From assembly GCA_051294375.1 (NCBI GenBank), contig JBJCIZ010000239.1, positions 601,178-665,177 on the forward strand: 64,000 bases of DNA. The letters run 5' to 3'. Position numbers and translations under genes: made by a program. The notes under the pieces were generated by a model. The model was not told where the DNA came from and made no database searches. It was given only the letters and a program-made list of their open reading frames with translations. Source of the stretch: Paraspadella gotoi (lineage: Eukaryota; Animalia; Chaetognatha). Positions 1 through 12,757 of the stretch are shown one piece after another. Positions within the stretch are counted from its first letter, which is position 1. Each line of letters opens with the position of its first letter.

Positions 1-295
1 AAAAAAACCAACAAAACAAAAAAAAACCCAAATTTTATTCCCCAAATAAAATCGCTTCGGTTTTCGTCGGAAAGATTCAAAAGATTCATTCATTCATTCA
101 TTTTTCCCCCCGGGGGGAAGGAAAGATTCAGTAAACTTCCTCTTTAATTAAATGGCGACCCGACGAAATTCACATTAGACCCAAACCCCCACACCTCCTT
201 CCCGACCCCATTTTCTCTCTCCCTCTTCCCGACCCCTCGTTTCACCTTCCGGTCAGAAAAATTGGGATTTCTGGTCTCTCGACTCTTCGCCAAAC

Positions 296-518
296 GACTC
301 TCTTTTCGCAGAGTGCCCCATTTCAGAATTTAAGTTTAACCTTAATATTCAACTTAAATCGTTATCCCTAATTTTAAACTTTAACATTTTACTCCAAACG
401 CTAGTCCTCGGCCCAAATCTCTAACCTTAATCGCTAACCTAATCCCTAAACCTAACATATAACCTTATTCCGAATTTAAGATTTATCTTAAAAAGGGGGC
501 GTTTTGGGAAAATAAGGC
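296..518. mobile_element. MITE-like element with imperfect TIRs and (TAACC)-rich interior
   Basis: Ends GACTCTCTTTTCGCAGAGTGCCCC and GGGGCGTTTTGGGAAAATAAGGCC; related copies near 11015-11227 and 30860-30915. Confidence 0.5.
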
Positions 519-2186
519 CGGGCTTAAATCGATTATTGAGATGAACACATTATAACCTGACGCCGGCCTCCTCCTTTTGTAATCTTCCTTCTTCTTCCTC
601 TTCCTCTTCCTCCTTCTCTTCCTCCCCCTCTTCCTCCTCCGTCACCCCATCTTCCGAATTACTCTGGATTATCATCGCCCAGTCCGCCTCTTCGATGCTC
701 TCTCTCCCTCTCTCTCTCTGTCTCNNNNNNNNNNNNNNNNNNNNNNNNNNNNNNNNNNNNNNNNNNNNNNNNNNNNNNNNNNNNNNNNNNNNNNNNNNNN
801 NNNNNNNNNNNNNNNNNNNNNNNNNNNNNNNNNNNNNNNNNNNNNNNNNNNNNNNNNNNNNNNNNNNNNNNNNNNNNNNNNNNNNNNNNNNNNNNNNNNN
901 NNNNNNNNNNNNNNNNNNNNNNNNNNNNNNNNNNNNNNNNNNNNNNNNNNNNNNNNNNNNNNNNNNNNNNNNNNNNNNNNNNNNNNNNNNNNNNNNNNNN
1001 NNNNNNNNNNNNNNNNNNNNNNNNNNNNNNNNNNNNNNNNNNNNNNNNNNNNNNNNNNNNNNNNNNNNNNNNNNNNNNNNNNNNNNNNNNNNNNNNNNNN
1101 NNNNNNNNNNNNNNNNNNNNNNNNNNNNNNNNNNNNNNNNNNNNNNNNNNNNNNNNNNNNNNNNNNNNNNNNNNNNNNNNNNNNNNNNNNNNNNNNNNNN
1201 NNNNNNNNNNNNNNNNNNNNNNNNNNNNNNNNNNNNNNNNNNNNNNNNNNNNNNNNNNNNNNNNNNNNNNNNNNNNNNNNNNNNNNNNNNNNNNNNNNNN
1301 NNNNNNNNNNNNNNNNNNNNNNNNNNNNNNNNNNNNNNNNNNNNNNNNNNNNNNNNNNNNNNNNNNNNNNNNNNNNNNNNNNNNNNNNNNNNNNNNNNNN
1401 NNNNNNNNNNNNNNNNNNNNNNNNNNNNNNNNNNNNNNNNNNNNNNNNNNNNNNNNNNNNNNNNNNNNNNNNNNNNNNNNNNNNNNNNNNNNNNNNNNNN
1501 NNNNNNNNNNNNNNNNNNNNNNNNNNNNNNNNNNNNNNNNNNNNNNNNNNNNNNNNNNNNNNNNNNNNNNNNNNNNNNNNNNNNNNNNNNNNNNNNNNNN
1601 NNNNNNNNNNNNNNNNNNNNNNNNNNNNNNNNNNNNNNNNNNNNNNNNNNNNNNNNNNNNNNNNNNNNNNNNNNNNNNNNNNNNNNNNNNNNNGAATAAA
1701 CAAACAGTGGAACGAGCGAAACAAAATAAAAACAAAACACGGGTCGAAACGACGACGACGACGACGACGACGATAACGACGAAATAACAACCTTAACACG
1801 AAAGCGAAAACAACAACAACAACAACAACCGCGCGGTGGGCAGTGCACAACTGCACGTAACCCCGTCGTCTCTATCGTCCCTACATTTTCTTTCTTTCTC
1901 CTTCAAAGTTTATTTTTCTTTACATTCTTTTATTTACGTTTTTCTTTTTCTTTCAGGTCGAAACTGAGAAATCGCTTCGTCGCCAGCGACGCGTTGCTAA
2001 GCGACGGACGTAAATAAACAACGGATATTTTTTTTCCTCACGTGAACTTGAAAAGAGAAAATAAAGTGAAAACAAAAAAATGTGAGGTGGAAAAGGAAAT
2101 TTATTTCCCCCCCCCCTTTTTTTTTCCACGACGGAAACTAATTTTTTTTTTTCCCGACGAAGAGAAAAAAAGAAATAAAGAAAAGG

Positions 2187-2788
2187 ATGGGATTTCTGAG
2201 AAAAGACTCGAGTCCCGACCTTTCGCCCCTCCTACCCTCGGACGCCGCCCATCCAGCCTTTGATCCTTCGGGTCGAACCACGACGACGCAGCCGACGCCG
2301 CTGCCGACGCCGTCTCTGCCGCTGCCGCCGCTGCCGCCGCAGCAACCAACGCCCAGCGACTCATTCTCTCTTTCGCGAAGATTCGGCGCCGCTTCTCGTG
2401 ACTCACGCGCTTCGCGACGCCGCCCGGAGAAACGGCGCCTCTCGCGGAACGCCGTCTACGAAAACGGCCACGCCCTTCGACGCCTCGTCTCTTCCCGGCG
2501 CGCCCCTCGCGGCCTCGTCACCTCCCGCTCCCACGCCCTCTGCCTCGCGCTATTGTTGACGCTTTACGGCGGCGGAATCGCGCTGCCCGTCGTCATTTCG
2601 TCCTCGGCGTCATCGGCGACGCCGGATTGGAACGAGCGCCGCGACGCCGGTTTCGATCGACGGAAGATCGACGAGTTTTACCGACGAACGGCGCCGGTCG
2701 ACGCCGGTTTCGACGATGTCGTCAGAGTCGGGAGACCCGGCGCGTTTCGTTCGGCGCCGACCAAGTTATCGGCGTCGATGGCGAACAG
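2187..2788 (+). CDS. HS3ST: Probable first coding exon of HS3ST: cytoplasmic N-terminus, type II transmembrane anchor, start of stem
   Basis: GC-rich ORF from ATG 2187 with a basic stretch followed by hydrophobic HALCLALLLTLYGGGIALPVVI, as in Golgi type II sulfotransferases. It ends at AG|GTTTGT (intron from 2789, phase 2), compatible with the phase-2 acceptor at 9612. An upstream acceptor TTTCAG|G at 1956 suggests a 5'UTR intron. The link to the catalytic exons is inferred. Confidence 0.6.
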
Positions 2789-2949
2789 GTTTGTTTGNNN
2801 NNNNNNNNNNNNNNNNNNNNNNAGGAGACGAGAAATGCAAAGTTTACCAGCCGGAGAAGCAGACAGAGCAGAGAGAATGGAGACGAAGAAGAGAGAGAGA
2901 CTGCGAGAATAACACCAGAAAATGTCGATCTTAATTGATCCCCCTGGTG

Positions 2950-4720
2950 AATAAGAAGAGAAACAAGGACGAGCGAAACCAAAATAAAAAACAAAACACG
3001 GCGTCGAAACACCGACGACACCGAGCACGACGAACGACGCGATATGTGGAGCATAACGACCCGAGCTACAATTAACAACCTTACCACGAAAGACGGACTG
3101 AAAAACAGCAACAACAACAACAACCGCCGGCGCGGCGTGGGGCAGTGCACAACTGCCACGAACCCCGTTCGTCTCTATCGTCCCTACATTTTTCTTTCTT
3201 TCTCCGTTCAAAGTTTATTGTCTTTACATTCTTCTTATTTACGTTTTCTTTGTTCTTTAGGTCTGAAACTCGACAGAAGAGGACAGAAATCGCTTCGGCC
3301 CCATGGACGCCGTGCGTAATGTAGACTGGGGCGTAATAGAATATCAAAACTCACACGAATAATTGATTGGGCCTCCGATGCCCATACCGCACAACGGAAG
3401 ACTAAATTAAGCGCAACTGCCTATGCACTGGCCCATAAAGGAACCTATAAGCTGGGATAGTGAAAACCAACAAAAATATGTGCGATCGCTGGGCCCCATT
3501 CTGTGCCTCGTGGCCGTCAGAGGGACCGTGGAGAAAAAATGGGAAATTATTCTTCCCTCATAACCCCCCCTAATTATGTTTGTACACCCACAGATTATTT
3601 TCGGAAGGCGAATATAAGAATACTACATTTTAATTTTTTAAATTTTTTTCCTCCCTCGAAGCTCGAAATCGTAGAATAACAAAGAAAATTAAAAAGAAAA
3701 GGAAATTGGGTATTCCTGTGAGATACTTAACGTAGTCTCGTAGTTTCCCGAACGATTTCCGGTCCACTCCTTATTCACTTCGGACGCCGCCCATCCATGT
3801 ACCTTTGATCTCCTTCGAGTCGAAAGACCACCGAACGTAGCGCAGCCCGTACGCCTGCAACCGTAACGCCGTTCTCTGCCCAGGACTGCCGGCCAGACAT
3901 TTGGCTCTCGGGGAGACTCCGTCCGAAAAGTAATCGGTGCTCTTAGGCTTTCATAGCAAACCCAAAACATACCGACCCAAGCGAAATCATTTTCTCTCTT
4001 GTCCTGCGAAGCATTCACGCGTCCGCTTTCTTTCTGTCGAACTTCGACGTCGGTCTTATCGTCAGCCGAACGCTGCCGGTCTCTTCGGATAAAAGTACCG
4101 GCGAACCATTCTTACTCTTCCGAAAGGAACTCGCGTTAAAACTCCCGTGTTCTTAAACGCATCCTAATAACCTCCATTGTAAGATCCTAATCGCACCTTC
4201 GAACGCCTCCCCACATGTAGTCCTAGTTGCCTGATCCACTGTCTTAGAGCGCGCCCCTTGGGCGCACTAAGGAACACTTCCAGTCCGATCTTTCACCGCT
4301 CGCTCCCACGCCGTTGCGTTGCACTTCGCTTATATATATGTGACGCTTTAAAACGAGCCGAGATTGCGACTATGGGAATTCTGCTCTGGTTCTGCGCTTC
4401 TAGTTTTCGTTAATTTTCGACCCTAACCGGCGATCTAAATCCAATGGCGCTCGACGCACTGCACGGATTCGATTTGGAAAGCGAATTGCGCCGCCGTTCG
4501 TTCCTCGGGCTTTCGATAAATTCGACATCGGTGGAATTAATCCCCGCAATTCCTGTCATAATCGGTTTATTGTCTTTACCGGCAACGATATGTAGAGAAC
4601 ACCTCCTCTTGCTTTTTTCCCTTTTTTTTCTTGTTCCGTGCGCGTCGCGTCGTATCCTTGCAGCGGGTGTCGAACGACTTGTGTACGGTGCAAAATAAAT
4701 CTGGTAGGCCAGTGACGTCC
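2950..4720 (+). repeat. Insertion-rich degraded duplicate of 1700-2790
   Basis: Collinear anchors gagcgaaac..aaaacaaaacacgg (1715 vs 2971), ggacgccgcccatcca (2240 vs 3782), cgctcccacgcc (2526 vs 4301). Starts shortly after a 25-N gap. Confidence 0.8.
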
Positions 4721-7700
4721 GGCCGGTGTAATGAACCGCCTTTTGGAAAGGCGATATTCAGTACTTTCGCGCGAGTCCCCGTCTTGTATTCTCCAATATA
4801 ATTGAAGATCCCTCATTGTGGAGGCAGGACGATTCTATTAAGAGGAGATAGGGAGAGAAAAAGAGGAGAGTAGTTGAGATTAAGAGTAAGAGTAAGAGAG
4901 AGAGGAGAAAGGAGAAGAGAGCCAGAACAGGAGACAGAGAGGACGCCCTTTCTCAAGTCCCAGCAGAAATGTTTCAACTCTGGATTGACCGGTTTTCCCC
5001 CCCGGGTTACCTCCATCTCTCCATCTCTTCTTTTCCTTTTCAACTTCTTTATTATACGTGGTCCGTCGCGACGATTGCAAAACAAACCGCGACCCCATCG
5101 ACGACCCCCCGACGACCCAAAATTCCCCCGGACGCCCGGACAACGACGACCATCCTCCCCCGACGCCCACTCCTGAGGGACAGTCAAGCGCAAGCGATGA
5201 ACGGACGCACCCGGAACAGCAACAAACGACTTCTTTCGATTAAATGACCCAGCCCCGAGTTGGGCAGATCACGCTACACACGGAAATGGGAACTTTTCTG
5301 GGTTTTAAGCTTTCGGCCTTCGTTGTGGACAGGACGAGATACGCGAATTCCCGCCGAATGGAAAGGTCCGAATCGTCCGCCAGGCGCGGCGAGAGGAGGT
5401 TTGGATAAAACAGCTTGTTACTTTATTTAGGCGAGAAGGGAATGTTCGATTGAACCGGGTCGTTTTGAAGTCGCGTGCGGTGGGGACGAATGAACAGATG
5501 AGACGAATTGAGGGAGGACGGACGTGACACGGGACGACCCACGACGACCTCGATCGCTCACAGTCCGAGGTTGAGGGACACTGGATGTCGATGACTTCCC
5601 GAACGGAATGCATGCCAGCATCCCCAGTCCGTTTGAGGGCAGGAGGAAGAGAGAAGATTCAGTGATAGCGTGGGGGAAATGGTGCGTCGAGGGAGACAAA
5701 GCTATATCCGTGACCGGCACTCCGGATATTAAGGGGTTTACAGTAGATATTTTTCTAACCCCTAAAATTGCATCTTTACAATTTTATACTTTCGTGATAC
5801 AAAGTCTCGAGCCATCTACAATAGGTTCATTCCAGTACAACGCCGTTCTTTTTCGAGACTCATAGAATTCATTAACGTTGTGCTGACCAATTAGTACAAT
5901 CTTTGCATTCAGTAAGTTCGTATCTTGTCTTTTTGGCCAACTACAATACCAAATAGTTTAATCTAGTTACTACATAGAACAATCCCATTTGGTAATGACA
6001 TCGTGGTAAGCAAATGCTGTATGTATCAGCTTTCTTTATTCTTAGTGGTCGAAACCCACCCTGACCGTTAGCAGCTTTTTCTTGCAGGCCAGAGCAGAGA
6101 GACCAGTTCACGAACTTTCCTCCTTCGCGAAGGCCATTTTCTTTTTTTCCTTTCAAAAGGCGTGAGAGATGAAAGGAATTGACCAATTGCAGATTGAAAC
6201 CGCGTACAACTATTTATAGACCGTCAAATCCAGTGCCTAACTCTCTCCTCTGCTCTCTCTCTCTCTCTTCTCTCTCATCTCTCTCTCTCTTCTCTCTTCT
6301 CTCTCTCTCTTCTCTCTCACTAATCTTCTCCCTCATGACATATCCCGCTGAATTGAGAATGAGACTTTGTTTTGAAACTTTTTATTCTAAACATTGTCAT
6401 GTCATCTTTCTCTTCTTATTTTCTTCTTCTCACTGCTTTACCTTACTTCCTCTCTCACAGCGTCTCACAGCAAGATCTCCACAACGACATCGTCCACATT
6501 CTCACTAATCTTCACATCATTCGTGCATTAATAGTCCGTCCTCCTACAAAATCCTTTCTCTTCCTCCTCGTCTCTAATAACGAGAGGTTCTGATTTCCGA
6601 TCACAAAATGTACTCGACTGGCGCCCTCTGGCGAGAAGTCAGATCAATCACTTCCCCATTATAAATGCATCGCAGCACTGTCAGAAGTTGGAGAAAGGGT
6701 AAGTGATGGCGATTGCAGGAGAAGTAGACACGGTATAATATAAAAATATAAAACAGTATTTTATTTAGAATGAAAGAAAGGAAATGAAGAGCACCCAACA
6801 GAAAAGAAGATGACCATAAAATAAAATAACCTCGAAGGAGCGAGGAGTATAAAAATGATAAAGAATGAATGATAAGGAATGGAGAATGGAATGATAATGA
6901 AGGAATGTTATGAATTGAATGAATACATGTTATGCATAAAAAAATATTAATGCAATACTTGATTGCTTATCCTCTCATTTGCTTCTGGTTGCGTCACTAC
7001 ATGCATCTGAGAGAAAAGAGGAATGGAAGAAATTCAAGAAAGATTCGGATGAGAGACAGTACGGTGAAGGAGTGAAAGAAAAAACGAGATGTCTTGACTC
7101 ACGATGACAATTGAGAAAAAGACGGAGGCCGGAAAAAGGAGGTGGAAGCTTGTGCTTTGATTGCAAATGGTGATGGAGGGTAATGAGGAGATCTATGACA
7201 CCACAGAAGACAGACGAGAGAGAAGAGGGAGAGAGATGACGAGATGAGAGAGAGGAAGAGAGATGATTGGAGAAAAGGAGATGAGAGGGGAGGGTGAGAG
7301 ATGCGACGATGAGATGGGGAGGGAAGGAGGAGAGAGAGAGGTGGAGGAGGAGAGGAGAAGAGAGACAGGAGAGAATTGGAGCGGAGTGAGTGAAAGAGTA
7401 GGAGAGAGAGAGAGACAGAGAGAGAGAGAGATATAGAGAGACCAACAGACTAAGTTCAAAAACTAAATTAACAAAAATTGTAATTAGGATTAATTTAATA
7501 AAAAGATTATACTGTTCGCTAAAATTTTTATAAGTCGAGTTGAAAAAATCCAGCAAATAAATAGTTTTCTTTTATGCAGTAATCTTGTGATGGGGGTCTA
7601 TGCATATCATAATATCGGAATATCCCGTTCTTGCGATCATGTTGGAGATACTAACGTTAATTTATATTCTTCAAATTCTTTAAATCGTTGGTTCGAATTT

Positions 7701-7967
7701 CGATCCGACTTCAGCTTTTCGCTTCGTCCTTCATTGACTCTCACTCGTTACTTAATTATGGGCGTCGAAAACTTCCCGTCATTATGATTGTTTTTTGGCG
7801 GTTTTTAAATTTACAACCGGTTACCTCGTGGTCATCATCATCATCTTCGTCGTTGTCATTATCATCATTTTTCGACATGGTCATCTTTATCATCATCATC
7901 AGATTCGTCGTCATCATCATCATCTTCTTCAACAGAATGATCAGGAACGACCACATAATGACTTTGA

Positions 7968-8080
<113 letters not shown>

Positions 8081-8251
8081 ACGTGTAAGATATTAAACGC
8101 GAAGATATAAAAGATGTAAAAACTTTAAAAAAAACAAAATAAAAACTGTTTTAAATTTTTTTGTTTTCATGAGAAATTAAGAACAGAGGAGAGTCGAGCT
8201 CGTGTTTCTTAGAAGGAAGATGATAGTTCTCCGTCCACCGCCTTTTTTTTA

Positions 8252-8460
8252 GTTGCGCCGCGAGCACTCGCGAAGCATCTCGATAAGCAGTTTTTCGGTC
8301 GTTCGGTCTGTCTGTCTGTCTATCTGTCCGTCCATCAAATCAGTTTATTCCGCTTACGTTAAAAATTCTCATAACTCGGGTAGTACTTGATAATTTCAGT
8401 TCATATTTGGTATGAAAGTGAGGTTCCATAAGGCCTTTAAATTGCAAATGTATCTTACTT
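8252..8460 (+). mobile_element. HINE family 5' fragment
   Basis: TTTTTTTTA-GTTGCGCCGCGAGCACTCGCGAAGCATC followed by (GTCT)n and CTTACGTTAAAAAT. Confidence 0.6.
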
Positions 8461-9594
8461 GTCGTTATCTTTTCTTATTTTTTCTTCTTTTGATTTTTTA
8501 ATTTTTTTTGATGATGTTGTTTTTAACTCCTCCGTTTTGAAAGCTCTGGNNNNNNNNNNNNNNNNNNNNNNNNNNNNNNNNNNNNNNNNNNNNNNNNNNN
8601 NNNNNNNNNNNNNNNNNNNNNNNNNNNNNNNNNNNNNNNNNNNNNNNNNNNNNNNNNNNNNNNNNNNNNNNNNNNNNNNNNNNNNNNNNNNNNNNNNNNN
8701 NNNNNNNNNNNNNNNNNNNNNNNNNNNNNNNNNNNNNNNNNNNNNNNNNNNNNNNNNNNNNNNNNNNNNNNNNNNNNNNNNNNNNNNNNNNNNNNNNNNN
8801 NNNNNNNNNNNNNNNNNNNNNNNNNNNNNNNNNNNNNTTCACTTTGATAAAGAACCAAAAAAAAGGTTTCTCTCGATGTTTTGACTTCCTTCGCCCCATC
8901 TTACCCTCTCTCTCTCTCCTTCTCTCCATCTCTATCTCACTCTCTCTCCCGGGCTCCTTTTTTTCTCGATCGGGGATCGCTCGTTCTCTCGATCGTTAAA
9001 GTCGTCGTTCCGACAGTCTCCTCGTTATAAAGATTATATCTCACANNNNNNNNNNNNNNNNNNNNNNNNNNNNNNNNNNNNNNNNNNNNNNNNNNNNNNN
9101 NNNNNNNNNNNNNNNNNNNNNNNNNNNNNNNNNNNNNNNNNNNNNNNNNNNNNNNNNNNNNNNNNNNNNNNNNNNNNNNNNNNNNNNNNNNNNNNNNNNN
9201 NNNNNNNNNNNNNNNNNNNNNNNNNNNNNNNNNNNNNNNNNNNNNNNNNNNNNNNNNNNNNNNNNNNNNNNNNNNNNNNNNNNNNNNNNNNNNNNNNNNN
9301 NNNNNNNNNNNNNNNNNNNNNNNNNNNNNNNNNNNNNNNNNNNNNNNNNNNNNNNNNNNNNNNNNNNNNNNNNNNNNNNNNNNNNNNNNNNNNNNNNNNN
9401 NNNNNNNNNNNNNNNNNNNNNNNNNNNNNNNNNNNNNNNNNNNNNNNNNNNNNNNNNNNNNNNNNNNNNNNNNNNNNNNNNNNNNNNNNNNNNNNNNNNN
9501 NNNNNNNNNNNNNNNNNNNNNNNNNNNNNNNNNNNNNNNNNNNNNNNNNNNNNNNNNNNNNNNNNNNNNNNNNNNNNNNNNNNNNNACCCCTGA

Positions 9595-9907
<313 letters not shown>

Positions 9908-11013
9908 TGAATGTTTGCGGAAGTGATGGTTGTGATTATATTGTCTACTTAAGGAGGTTAACTTCCACTCACTTTGAAAAAACCAAAAGTGTTTTTCGTG
10001 ATTTCTAAAAATAGAACATCCTAATTGAGTTACCGTTTATTAATTTAATTAACGAAAACCGTAAATCCATAAAATTTTCCGACCGAATTTCACGCAAACA
10101 AAATCGACGGATTTTTCTGTGATTGCGATTTTGTTATTTCTCTTTTATTTATGTTTTCTTAATTTCTTNNNNNNNNNNNNNNNNNNNNNNNNNNNNNNNN
10201 NNNNNNNNNNNNNNNNNNNNNNNNNNNNNNNNNNNNNNNNNNNNNNNNNNNNNNNNNNNNNNNNNNNNNNNNNNNNNNNNNNNNNNNNNNNNNNNNNNNN
10301 NNNNNNNNNNNNNNNNNNNNNNNNNNNNNNNNNNNNNNNNNNNNNNNNNNNNNNNNNNNNNNNNNNNNNNNNNNNNNNNNNNNNNNNNNNNNNNNNNNNN
10401 NNNNNNNNNNNNNNNNNNNNNNNNNNNNNNNNNNNNNNNNNNNNNNNNNNNNNNNNNNNNNNNNNNNNNNNNNNNNNNNNNNNNNNNNNNNNNNNNNNNN
10501 NNNNNNNNNNNNNNNNNNNNNNNNNNNNNNNNNNNNNNNNNNNNNNNNNNNNNNNNNNNNNNNNNNNNNNNNNNNNNNNNNNNNNNNNNNNNNNNNNNNN
10601 NNNNNNNNNNNNNNNNNNNNNNNNNNNNNNNNNNNNNNNNNNNNNNNNNNNNNNNNNNNNNNNNNNNNNNNNNNNNNNNNNNNNNNNNNNNNNNNNNNNN
10701 NNNNNNNNNNNNNNNNNNNNNNNNNNNNNNNNNNNNNNNNNNNNNNNNNNNNNNNNNNNNNNNNNNNNNNNNNNNNNNNNNNNNNNNNNNNNNNNNNNNN
10801 NNNNNNNNNNNNNNNNNNNNNNNNNNNNAGAGAGAGAGAGAGAGAGAAGTCGGAATTCATTTCTAAACGAAACTAAGATTAAAGCGAAATTAATGATTCA
10901 TCGCAGCGAAACTAATTTCGATGAAAATTTGATTTTAAAATTTAATTTACATTCAGAGCGGAGAAAAAAAAATGTCAAAAATATCTAGAATTCAGAGAAA
11001 AAAAGTAAAGGTT

Positions 11014-11227
11014 GAGCTCTCTTTTCCAAAAGCGACCAATTTTAATTTTTGACTAATCCTAAACCAAAATCTCTATTCCAAATTACTAACCTGATCCCAA
11101 ACCTTAATCACTTACTTAATCTTTAACCTATTCTACGATACTAACTTCCGATCTAAACTTTAATTATAAAAATATTAACCTAATTCCAAATTTAGAATAA
11201 ATTGCGACGTTCTGGGAAAATAAGGCC
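11014..11227. mobile_element. MITE-like element, second copy
   Basis: CTCTCTTTTCCAAAAGCGAC ... TAATCCTAAACC/TAACCT repeats ... GCGACGTTCTGGGAAAATAAGGCC. Confidence 0.5.
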
Positions 11228-12038
11228 AAAGATTATTCTGTAAAATATAAACATACTGATAGGAATTGTTCTAAACGAACGAACGATAAAAAAAANNNNN
11301 NNNNNNNNNNNNNNNNNNNNNNNNNNNNNNNNNNNNNNNNNNNNNNNNNNNNNNNNNNNNNNNNNNNNNNNNNNNNNNNNNNNNNNNNNNNNNNNNNNNN
11401 NNNNNNNNNNNNNNNNNNNNNNNNNNNNNNNNNNNNNNNNNNNNNNNNNNNNNNNNNNNNNNNNNNTTAAAACCCGTCGAGTGATCCTCTTTTGAAGACA
11501 TCAGATATCCCTTAACTATTTTTGGAATGGCGGGAAAATATGTCTCGATGCAAGAATCTTGCCACCCACAAATGCTTCTTTATTTCTCCGCATCTTTTTA
11601 AACCGTTTTTTTTTTGATGCTGCGTCAGTTTTTTTGTAAAATTTAAAAAATAGTAATTTGAAAAGTAATTTATAAAAAAAATCTGCAGTTTTAATAGTGT
11701 TTTTTTTTTTCAGATATTTTTAATCCACGTGGACGCATATTGAAAATTTTCTTTTAGTTTAAGTTTATTCTTAGGGAAAAATGAGTTATCTTTTTCCTTC
11801 CGGGTGATTATCTTAATCCTTTTTTCTCTCTCCATCTCTCACTCTCTCTATCTTTCTCTCTCTAACTCTCACACACTATCTCTCTCTTTTACTCTCTCAC
11901 TCTCTCACTCTCTCACTCTCTCTCTCTCTTGCTACGCTCAACCCTCACCACGTTAAACGATTTATTATGAGAAACTGACTTTGATTAAATAAGTAAAATC
12001 TACGAAATTAGGCTTTTTTTATTGGTACTAAGCAAATA

Positions 12039-12110
<72 letters not shown>

Positions 12111-12681
12111 TTCTCACAAATTCCCTCACATTGCCTTCCATCCGTGGTTCTCAGAAAGTGAGGCACTTCTCTTGGTGAGCCCATGATTTTTGATTTTCAC
12201 CGCAATTTCCCTCCGTCGTTCCAGACGCCTGGACAATTTCAAGGTTCACCACCCTAAAATCTCATTGTTAGTAACGGGAAATATAGAGAAAGCTCGTTAC
12301 CGCTTCCGCCCGTGTCGGTGGAGATGCGGCTTCGAAGGTGAGGCAGCCACTTTCTCGATTCTCTCNNNNNNNNNNNNNNNNNNNNNNNNNNNNNNNNNNN
12401 NNNNNNNNNNNNNNNNNNNNNNNNNNNNNNNNNNNNNNNNNNNNNNNNNNNNNNNNNNNNNNNNNNNNNNNNNNNNNNNNNNNNNNNNNNNNNNNNNNNN
12501 NNNNNNNNNNNNNNNNNNNNNNNNNNNNNNNNNNNNNNNNNNNNNNNNNNNNNNATTATCTGCCCGCCTCGTGTGAACTGAGAAGAGAAAAGGAAATAAG
12601 GTGAAAAAGGAAGAAAGGAAAAAATTGGGAAAACAAAGGAGACAAAGGAAAAAAGGAGGAAGTGACAAAAGTGGAAATGAA

Positions 12682-12757
<76 letters not shown>

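Noticed and set aside
9592-9594. In-frame TGA upstream of exon A as possible selenocysteine or readthrough
   Set aside because: It lies in the intron, within the CTGAC branch-point motif before the 9611 acceptor.
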